64,000 bases of DNA from a plasmid. Of this stretch, positions 37,714 to 45,270 are shown piece after piece. The number at the start of each line of letters is the position of its first letter. The first letter of the stretch is position 1. A model generated the notes under the pieces. The model was not told the DNA's origin. It ran no database searches and was given only the letters and a program-made list of their open reading frames with translations. Both the position numbers and the translations under genes were made by a program. The stretch lies in the sequence record NZ_CP086424.1; one strand, 5' to 3'.

Positions 37714-38214
37714 ATGAAAGCCCAGGCATACCCACCATCAGTCATTCGTAAAGGCGCTGTGTTGTACGCAGCCCTTTATTACATCTCTGATGATGATAAA
37801 GCAAAGGTCGAGGTTACAGAGTGGATAGTTCGCTCTATTCAGAAACGACGCAACTCAACCAGCGATCAACGCTATGTCAATCTTGCCCAAAAGTTAGATG
37901 GGATTACGTGGGGGAAAAGGTCACGGAAGAATGGGGACTTTGGTTGGTTGCCATCTATACCGAGCTGGTGCTTGAAGCAGTTCCGGGAAGGTGGCGAATT
38001 GCCTTTTGGCGTTTATACGACGCGACTGGCCGCTCTCAAGTTTGCGAAAGTCAGCTTGCAGGAAGAGGTCCAATATTGCGAGGCCGAGCTGAAAAAGGCT
38101 CAGACAGAAGAGGATACTCAGGAACTCCAAGAGGAGCTGGCGGAGAACCAGAGACTTCTGAAAGCTGCTGGAGCAATGGTGAAGCGCGAGCAAAACAAGA
38201 AGAAAAGAGGTTGA
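37714..38214 (+). CDS. Hypothetical protein with C-terminal coiled coil
   Basis: 166-aa ORF. Confidence 0.45.
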   Translation: MKAQAYPPSVIRKGAVLYAALYYISDDDKAKVEVTEWIVRSIQKRRNSTSDQRYVNLAQKLDGITWGKRSRKNGDFGWLPSIPSWCLKQFREGGELPFGVYTTRLAALKFAKVSLQEEVQYCEAELKKAQTEEDTQELQEELAENQRLLKAAGAMVKREQNKKKRG

Positions 38215-38217
38215 CCA

Positions 38218-39645
38218 ATGTTACCGATCGTCTCCCCCTCCGTAGTAACCAAACAACTTGCGTTCAATCGAGTAGGCGATAAACGCAAGGTTAGGGTTTC
38301 GTCCAACTTTTTGGATGTTATGGGGTTCAAGCCAGGTATGGGCATCGCCGTTGAGCCAGGGGAGGGGATGGGCGGTTTTTCGGTGATCCCAGCGACCGAT
38401 GAACTACAGACACACCAGGTTTATCAGCGCCGGTATCAACCAAAGAGTCGCTCCAACAACCCGCTGGAAACCGTTATTGAGTTTTCTGGACAAGGGCTCA
38501 TAGATAAGTGCTTCCCTCGCTATACAGAGCGTTTCCACGTCGAAATGCGAAAAGGTCGAGTAGTCTTCACTCCCGTCGCAAACAGAGCCTTTGCCATTGC
38601 TGATCGGTTCAGAAAAACCAGCCCTTTCCGTGCCTTTGTGGCATTGACTGGCGGGGTAGACATTCATGTTATGGAATCGCTTGGCTGGAAGGCTGAGATT
38701 GTTTTGGAACATCGTCCAGTTGAAGCCAGAGACAGAGCATCCGGGCGGAACCTGAGTGAAGTACATGCGCTCAATACGCTGGTGAACAGCTCCCCGCGTA
38801 TCCTGCTGAATGAAGACATTCATCACCTGGAGCTGGATCGCCTTGGAGCCTTGCTGGCGGAGTGCCCACCAATTGGTTTGGCCCATTACTCGTTGGGGTG
38901 TGATGACCACTCAAACGCCAAAAGTCCAAGGGACAAAGAGCGTTCTCTTGAAGATCTCTCCACCATGCTCGACATGGTTTACCCGGCACTAAAACAGATC
39001 GAGGTCGTGAACCCTGCCGTCGTGCTGGTGGAAAACGTCCCGAACTTCAAAGCATCCGGAGCCGGGGCGATGATGGGAACGACACTGCGGCGGATGGGGT
39101 ACTTCCTCACTGAGATGGTCTTGAACGGTCTGGATTTCGGCGCGTACCAGGGGCGAGAACGCTATTACATGGTGGCGTCGGTCTTCCCTGGGTTCGTTCC
39201 ACCGAAACCTGAGCAGAGAGCTGGTGGACGATTGTGGCCGGTGATCGAGAAGCACCTCGGGGATTGTGCAGACGTCACAGCGTTGAAGTCAATTCAGGCC
39301 AGAGAGTCAACTTCTCGCAGGATGCCTGCGTTCTTGACGAGAGAAAGCACCAGTTGCCCGACCATCCTCAAGTCTCAGGATCGTGGGGTAAAGGATGCAG
39401 TGTACATCCAAGACGGTGGCCGCATTTACAAGCCATCGGTCGATCTGGTTCAGGAGTTGATGTCGATACCTGATAGCTTTGATATTTCGTGGATGGCAAA
39501 AGAACAAGCGACAGAAACACTTGGGCAGAGTGTGGATTACAGATTGCATTCAGCGGTCATGGCCGCAGTTCGGGATCACCTGAATGTGAATTGCGGTCGC
39601 CATACCGTGGTGCAGCACGGTATCAGAAGTAAGGAAGGTAAATAA
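38218..39645 (+). CDS. dcm: DNA methyltransferase-like protein (C5-cytosine MTase-like ENV and QxRxR motifs; canonical PCQ not evident)
   Basis: LVENVPNF (motif VI-like) and AYQGRERYYM (motif VIII-like). No Pro-Cys dipeptide is present. 475 aa. IncC backbones are annotated as carrying dcm genes. Confidence 0.5.
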   Translation: MLPIVSPSVVTKQLAFNRVGDKRKVRVSSNFLDVMGFKPGMGIAVEPGEGMGGFSVIPATDELQTHQVYQRRYQPKSRSNNPLETVIEFSGQGLIDKCFPRYTERFHVEMRKGRVVFTPVANRAFAIADRFRKTSPFRAFVALTGGVDIHVMESLGWKAEIVLEHRPVEARDRASGRNLSEVHALNTLVNSSPRILLNEDIHHLELDRLGALLAECPPIGLAHYSLGCDDHSNAKSPRDKERSLEDLSTMLDMVYPALKQIEVVNPAVVLVENVPNFKASGAGAMMGTTLRRMGYFLTEMVLNGLDFGAYQGRERYYMVASVFPGFVPPKPEQRAGGRLWPVIEKHLGDCADVTALKSIQARESTSRRMPAFLTRESTSCPTILKSQDRGVKDAVYIQDGGRIYKPSVDLVQELMSIPDSFDISWMAKEQATETLGQSVDYRLHSAVMAAVRDHLNVNCGRHTVVQHGIRSKEGK

Positions 39646-40301
39646 TGGCAGTCATTTACTACGGCGAGGGAACCCATGACGCCGGTTTCGTCGGGTTCCG
39701 TGTCGCACGAACAGTTGGGGTGGCGGATGATTACCGGCAGGAATACTTCTCCTTGAGAGAGTATTCCTACGCAACAGCTCACCGGCTGGCCTACAGCTTG
39801 GACCGAAAGTGGGAAGCTGAGGCAGAAGAGGTGAAGCGTCAGAATAAGACTTGTAAGCGGCGACGCAACTCCGGGCCAAATATCATTGCTGAGGGGCTGA
39901 GGGCTTATATCAGTATCGAGAACCGGAGCCGGATGGGGGTGAAGAGAACCTACTTCGCACCTTGTTTTCTCGTCACAAAGCCAGGCTACGGCAATGGGGA
40001 TATTGTTTTCAGGATTTCCACTCATGGCTACGCAGAAGCCTACGAAAAGGCGGTGGAAAAATATTGTGAGATCCATGATTTGACGGATGAGCAGTATGTT
40101 GAGTTGCTTGACCGTATGCCGAGTACAGAGGTGTTCACTGGATACCTGCTGAATGCTCTTTTAATACGCGGTCATCGCGCCACAAAAGCTGAAATACTGA
40201 GTAAGCTGGGGGCTGCGAAGAATGAAGATGACATCACCAATAGCAAAGGGAAAAGCGGCCACAACAGAGTGCGTTGCCCAGAGTATCGGTGGGCGCAATA
40301 A
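39645..40301 (+). CDS. Hypothetical protein
   Basis: 218 aa. ATG overlaps the dcm stop. Confidence 0.45.
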   Translation: MAVIYYGEGTHDAGFVGFRVARTVGVADDYRQEYFSLREYSYATAHRLAYSLDRKWEAEAEEVKRQNKTCKRRRNSGPNIIAEGLRAYISIENRSRMGVKRTYFAPCFLVTKPGYGNGDIVFRISTHGYAEAYEKAVEKYCEIHDLTDEQYVELLDRMPSTEVFTGYLLNALLIRGHRATKAEILSKLGAAKNEDDITNSKGKSGHNRVRCPEYRWAQ

Positions 40302-40356
40302 CAGCGCCAGATGTTCAAACCATGTTTTATAGCAACACCTCTTTGGGGGCGGAATT

Positions 40357-40974
40357 ATGTTTTTTGATAACAAAGTAGAATCTCACTCGCTCGTAATGGG
40401 AGCCAGCGGGAAGGGCAAATCGGTCTTGTCCGAACAAGTGCGGAAAAACGCGAGGCTGCGCGGTGATCTGCTGGTGGATACTGAGATGTACCGTGAAGGT
40501 CGAGGGTTGAAACCATACGAGCATGAGTACGCTCGTCGCTTAGTTCTGGGGCTAAGTGGACCGTTGCCGCGTGAACTGCGTGGGAAGCCGGTGACGGTTA
40601 TCTCTGATGTGTCCAGACCAAAAAAGGTAAAGCGTCAGCCAAAGCAATTTGTTAAGACCGTAAATGGCGTCACCCTTGAACGCCAATTGGTGGCAGATGC
40701 AAGAGACCAGTTGGAAATGCAAACAGGCGTCTGGCTCAAACAACCTCAGCTCATCGAGCTGATGGAAGAGTCGGGCATAGACGAAACTCTAGCCGATTTT
40801 GGTGAGGCTGAAACACAGATCCGAGAAATGCTGGCGGATGCGTTGGCGATGAAACTGGTAGGGCGCTCATGGCCCAAGTGTGGAGCCCTCTATAACGCGG
40901 CAGAAAAGTCCGACGTTAACTTTTCCTCCGAGCTTGATGCTGCGGCAAAAGAAGCTGGATACATGGTTCGCTGA
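40357..40974 (+). CDS. P-loop NTPase-like hypothetical protein
   Basis: GASGKGKS Walker A-like motif. Confidence 0.4.
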   Translation: MFFDNKVESHSLVMGASGKGKSVLSEQVRKNARLRGDLLVDTEMYREGRGLKPYEHEYARRLVLGLSGPLPRELRGKPVTVISDVSRPKKVKRQPKQFVKTVNGVTLERQLVADARDQLEMQTGVWLKQPQLIELMEESGIDETLADFGEAETQIREMLADALAMKLVGRSWPKCGALYNAAEKSDVNFSSELDAAAKEAGYMVR

Positions 40975-41181
40975 ATGGGATTTGGTGTGGACAAGATAGA
41001 TCGGCAAAGTTGGCTCGTTAAATTCAGGCGAGCGAAGTGTCAGGACACTTTAGACACGATGCGGGATGCGGCCATTCGCAACTATGAAGGGAATATTCGT
41101 GTTATCGCGGATATTGTATTGGCCCATGAGGCGAGAGAGACAGAAATTGAAAAAGGGATGTTTTGTCTAATAGTTAGATAG
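40975..41181 (+). CDS. Small hypothetical protein
   Basis: 68 aa, starts directly after the upstream stop. Confidence 0.3.
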   Translation: MGFGVDKIDRQSWLVKFRRAKCQDTLDTMRDAAIRNYEGNIRVIADIVLAHEARETEIEKGMFCLIVR

Positions 41182-41185
41182 TCTG

Positions 41186-41485
41186 ATGAGCTATCAGGTG
41201 GTGATTATGAAAAAGAGAATACTTCATCTGCCCGTAAAAAAGATTTACTTCGATCAGATCAAATCTGGAGAAAAACCAGATGAATATCGCCTCGTCACAG
41301 ACTACTGGATAAAAAGACTAGAGGGGCGCGAGTATGATGAAGTCCATGTTAAGTGTGGCTACCCAAAGGCTGGAGATATGTCCAGGATAGAGATTCGTCC
41401 TTGGCGTGGCTTCTCAAGGAACGTCATAACGCACCCGCACTTTGGAGATTATCCGGTTGAAGTATTCGCCATCCATGTGAATTGA
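41186..41485 (+). CDS. ASCH-domain-like protein
   Basis: 99 aa. IKSGEKPDEYRL fits the ASCH GxKxxExR motif. Confidence 0.4.
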   Translation: MSYQVVIMKKRILHLPVKKIYFDQIKSGEKPDEYRLVTDYWIKRLEGREYDEVHVKCGYPKAGDMSRIEIRPWRGFSRNVITHPHFGDYPVEVFAIHVN

Positions 41486-41575
41486 TTTTGGTATTCTGAT
41501 TTAAAACTATTGTAGCTCAGGTATCAAAAGAACTTGGGTAATTAAAGATAAGGGGCCGACGGCCCCTTAATTGTT

Positions 41576-42064
41576 TTAGTTTGTGAATATTGAACAATCG
41601 AGGTGGGATAGCGCTTGTTCGTAGCTACCTTTGTTGTTCGTCTTACGCAGTGCCACCAGCTCAACAATCAATTGGCTTAAAGCCAGTGATTGAGGCTCCC
41701 AGACGCGCTTGCATTTGTCAGCCATGTTGGCATTTACGTCTGTAATGACGTAGAGGAAATCAGGGACGTCTTTCAAGGTCCCCAGGCCTTTTGCCATATC
41801 AACAGCCTCAGGGTTTTGATAGCTTCGAGTGGCGCTCAGGTCATCGTGGGAAATATAGCTGGCAGATGTCTCAGCGAAACCTAACACCATGCCTTTTCCT
41901 GCGCTTTTTGCAATGGCCGAGCCGATAGCTAGAGTTGGCATGATGGCCTGACCTATTTGGCGGGTAGATGCAGTTGCCAAGCCTGAGGCGATGTTCTTCC
42001 CGGCATCTTCGGCAGTGGCAGAGCTGGTTGTGAGCATCGCAGTTAAAATGATTTTTCCAAACAT
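41576..42064 (-). CDS. Secreted hypothetical protein
   Basis: Signal peptide MFGKIILTAMLTTSSATA. GAGGA ribosome-binding site before the internal ATG. Confidence 0.45.
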   Translation of the reverse strand: MFGKIILTAMLTTSSATAEDAGKNIASGLATASTRQIGQAIMPTLAIGSAIAKSAGKGMVLGFAETSASYISHDDLSATRSYQNPEAVDMAKGLGTLKDVPDFLYVITDVNANMADKCKRVWEPQSLALSQLIVELVALRKTNNKGSYEQALSHLDCSIFTN

Positions 42065-42078
42065 ACTTAATTCCTCTA

Positions 42079-44271
42079 TCAATCCATAAAGTCCGACTTT
42101 TTGAAGGGCATAGTGCCTTTGCAATCGGGATACGCTGTGCAGCCCCAGAACTTAGAGGCTCGTTTCTTGCCAGGGGCTTTTCCTTTCCTGAGACGCATCG
42201 GGCTACCGCAATCTGGGCAGTCTGGACAATCCTCCGCCGCGATACGTTTCTCGGGTTTCCCTCGGTTGTCTGGGAACGTCTTCTTGCAAGCCTCGTTCTG
42301 GCAGCCCCAGAAAAAACCGTTCTTCCCTTTGATCCGGTGCATCTCTCCACCGCAGTTGAAGCATTCGTGTGAAGGAGGCTTCGCGCCCTCGAAGGCTTTA
42401 GCCATCGCGCCACCTTCTTTGGTCAGAACCGGTGCGGCCACTTTGAGCTGCTCAACCATTTGGCAGATCCAGGTGGAAATCTGCTTCATGAAGACAGACA
42501 TGTTCCCGGAGCCGGAGGCAACTTTCTCAAGCTCCTGCTCCCAAGCCGCAGTCATGCCGGGTGATTTGATGGCTGGTGGAAGCACTGCTATAAGCGCATG
42601 AGCCTTATCAGTTGCAAGCAGTACCTTTTTCTGACGCTTGAAGTAGCCTTTATCAACAGCGCCCTGGATGATGCTTGCGCGTGTTGCTGGAGTGCCTAAA
42701 CCGGCTGTGTCTTTGAGGATTTGTTTGAACTTCTCCTCAGTCACGAACCGGGCAATGTTCTCCATCGCGGCAAGCAATGTGGCTTCGGTGAAGTGCGGTG
42801 CTGGCCGCGTCATTTTGTTTGCCAGCTCGGCCCCATTCAGCAAGGCAGGTTCGCCCTGGCTAACCCTGGGGAGCTTCTCTTGTTCAACCGGCGCGTCGGT
42901 GTCTTCCCCCTCGTCCTTGGGACTGCTTTCACTATCAGAAGCAAACAAAACCTTCCAGCCTTGTTTGGTAGGTGTCTTACCAGCGGACGCAAAGAGGTGA
43001 CGCCCACACTGCACCTCGATGGAGGTTTTGGTGAACTCGAACTCGCTGTAGAACTGCGCGATGTAGAAACGACGGATGGCGTCGTAAAGATTGAACTCGA
43101 TCTCAGACATGGCACTGATGTCTGTTCTGGCCGGTGTTGGAATGATCGCGTGGTGCGCGGTCACTTTGGCGTCATTGAATACCCTGGCCTTGCGATGAGG
43201 ATCTGCGCCAGCCACCAGCCCAGAGACGTTCTGATCGGACAAAATGAGCGCCTGGAGAATGTCCGGAATGTCTTCCTTTTGGCTCTCGGGTAGATAACGA
43301 CTGTCAGTACGAGGGTAGGTGGTCGCTTTGTGCGTCTCGTACAGAGCTTGAGCTGCATCCAGTACCTGCTGAGCTGTGTATCCCCATCGTTTGCTCGCGT
43401 ATTGTTGCAGCGACGTTAGATCGAAGGGGAGGGGGGCTGACTCTTTACCTGGTTTGGTTTCTGCTTTGCTGATAACAGCATTGGCACCATTGACCTGGGA
43501 GGCTACCTGCTCGGCATAGGCCTTATTGACGCACCGGCCTTGCTCGTCACTGCACTCTTCTGGTGGTATCCATTGGGCGGCAAACTGTCCATTCTGTACG
43601 GACACGTTCACACCCAGAGTCCAGTATGGTGAGGGGGTGAAACCGACGATCTCTCGGTCCCGTTGACAAACAAGAGCGACGGTTGGGGTGATAACCCTGC
43701 CAACGTGAAGAGTGTGGTTGAAGCCGACATCTCGGGCCAGCACTGTGTAGAGGCGGCTCACGTTCATGCCTACCAACCAGTCAGCGCGTTGCCGTGCCAA
43801 TGCGGCGTAGTAGAGTGAGACCGTATCCTTGCCATCCTTTACGTTGTTCAGCGCTTTCTTGATGCTTGACTCATCGAGAGCCGTCAAACAAACTCGGCGA
43901 ATAGGGCCAGAGTAGCGGAATCGATCCAGAAGCGAACGGGCGATAGCCTCACCTTCTCGGTCGTAGTCCGTTGAGATGTAGATGGTGCTCGCCTTTTTGA
44001 CCAGTCCCTCAACAATTTTGTACTGTTTGAACGCACTCTTGCGAACGTTGTACCGCCATGACTCTGGTGCAATAGGGAGGGTCTCCAGTGACCATGACTT
44101 GTAGCGTTCGTCATAATCGTCTGGCATATACAATTCCAGCAGGTGGCCGAACGCCCACGTAATAACGCGGTTTCCTCCATCATGGAGAAATCCATCACCT
44201 CGTTGGGAGGCCTTCATTACGCCAGCCAAATCTTTTGCCTGAGAAGGCTTCTCGCAGATATAAAGGTCCAT
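42079..44271 (-). CDS. topB: DNA topoisomerase III (type IA) with C-terminal zinc ribbons
   Basis: Toprim N-terminus (MDLYICEKPSQAKDLA), TopoIA core, and 3 to 4 CxxC...CxxC C-terminal zinc fingers. 730 aa. Confidence 0.85.
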   Translation of the reverse strand: MDLYICEKPSQAKDLAGVMKASQRGDGFLHDGGNRVITWAFGHLLELYMPDDYDERYKSWSLETLPIAPESWRYNVRKSAFKQYKIVEGLVKKASTIYISTDYDREGEAIARSLLDRFRYSGPIRRVCLTALDESSIKKALNNVKDGKDTVSLYYAALARQRADWLVGMNVSRLYTVLARDVGFNHTLHVGRVITPTVALVCQRDREIVGFTPSPYWTLGVNVSVQNGQFAAQWIPPEECSDEQGRCVNKAYAEQVASQVNGANAVISKAETKPGKESAPLPFDLTSLQQYASKRWGYTAQQVLDAAQALYETHKATTYPRTDSRYLPESQKEDIPDILQALILSDQNVSGLVAGADPHRKARVFNDAKVTAHHAIIPTPARTDISAMSEIEFNLYDAIRRFYIAQFYSEFEFTKTSIEVQCGRHLFASAGKTPTKQGWKVLFASDSESSPKDEGEDTDAPVEQEKLPRVSQGEPALLNGAELANKMTRPAPHFTEATLLAAMENIARFVTEEKFKQILKDTAGLGTPATRASIIQGAVDKGYFKRQKKVLLATDKAHALIAVLPPAIKSPGMTAAWEQELEKVASGSGNMSVFMKQISTWICQMVEQLKVAAPVLTKEGGAMAKAFEGAKPPSHECFNCGGEMHRIKGKNGFFWGCQNEACKKTFPDNRGKPEKRIAAEDCPDCPDCGSPMRLRKGKAPGKKRASKFWGCTAYPDCKGTMPFKKSDFMD

Positions 44272-44504
44272 TAAGCAGCTCCTCTCATCTTTGATTCCAG
44301 ATTCGCCAGCTCAGTCCAGCTTTGAGCCAGACCTTTGACTTCGGGGTAGTCTCTGGAGAGGTTTTCGAGGACTCCAGAAATGACATAGGCCGCTTCGCTG
44401 GAATTACCCCTCGAACCGGCCTCCTGGAGCATGATTAATAAAGCGTCGAAGAGCTCAGCCTTACGGCCTAGCTCTGTCTGGTTTCTTATTTCAGAGCTTT
44501 GCAT
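44271..44504 (-). CDS. Small hypothetical protein
   Basis: 77 aa. Overlaps the ends of both neighbours. Confidence 0.3.
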   Translation of the reverse strand: MQSSEIRNQTELGRKAELFDALLIMLQEAGSRGNSSEAAYVISGVLENLSRDYPEVKGLAQSWTELANLESKMRGAA

Positions 44505-45103
44505 GGGTTCACCACTGAATAGGGACGCACGGACTCGCGCACAATGCGGCGATCTGCGTCAGTTACAGCCTGACTGGTGCAAAAGTGCGTCCAGGCATTC
44601 AGATAATCTTTATAGGTGTGGGTAGGTGGTATGCAGCCGGTTACAACGTCCTTGGGGATGTTTGTGGTTCCCTCGGCTTCCACAAAGCGCCAATCGTGCT
44701 CGTCCATACCTTTGCCACCATCGCAATAGCGTTCCCAGCGTGACAACTCGTACAGCGAGTAGCCTTTGCCTTTATTCATGGACTTGAAGGTATTGATGGC
44801 TTCGTTGACATCCCCGTGCTGTTTGATCCCTGCTGGAGTTTTATCTGAACCAGCGGAGTCATCTTTGACCTTGTTCATCGTTGCGCTGACATTACCGTCG
44901 CCCAGCACATGGATATAACCAGGTTGACGTAATGCAGCACCACCGCGCCCCATGTTGTCCCATGCCATCGACAGTTCCCGGCTAACTCGGGCAGGTTTGT
45001 CATTTTCGGCAGGGGCAGTCTGGGGCTGAGGCTTTTGCTCGGGGGCGTTAGAGGCACACCCGGCCAGAATTGCCACTCCCAGAATTGCTATCAGTTGTCT
45101 CAT
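44486..45103 (-). CDS. Lipoprotein, hypothetical
   Basis: Internal start MRQLIAILGVAILAGC (lipobox), GAGGA ribosome-binding site. 205 aa. Confidence 0.5.
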   Translation of the reverse strand: MRQLIAILGVAILAGCASNAPEQKPQPQTAPAENDKPARVSRELSMAWDNMGRGGAALRQPGYIHVLGDGNVSATMNKVKDDSAGSDKTPAGIKQHGDVNEAINTFKSMNKGKGYSLYELSRWERYCDGGKGMDEHDWRFVEAEGTTNIPKDVVTGCIPPTHTYKDYLNAWTHFCTSQAVTDADRRIVRESVRPYSVVNPCKALK

Positions 45104-45270
45104 CGTGTCGTTCCTCATAAAAAATTGTCGATGAGCCCATTCTAAAAGGGGGGGGATGGAAAGCTGGTTTCTCAAACTGCCCAAATTGGACAGATAGGCG
45201 TGTGTGCGATCTAAAGGTGTTTTGAGAGCATGTAGCGACGAGAAATACGATAGGAATATGGTCAACCTAC

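Noticed and set aside
42101-43293. Plus-strand ORFs of 110-190 aa inside topB
   Set aside because: They are wholly contained in the confidently identified topoisomerase III gene on the opposite strand, with no supporting motifs.
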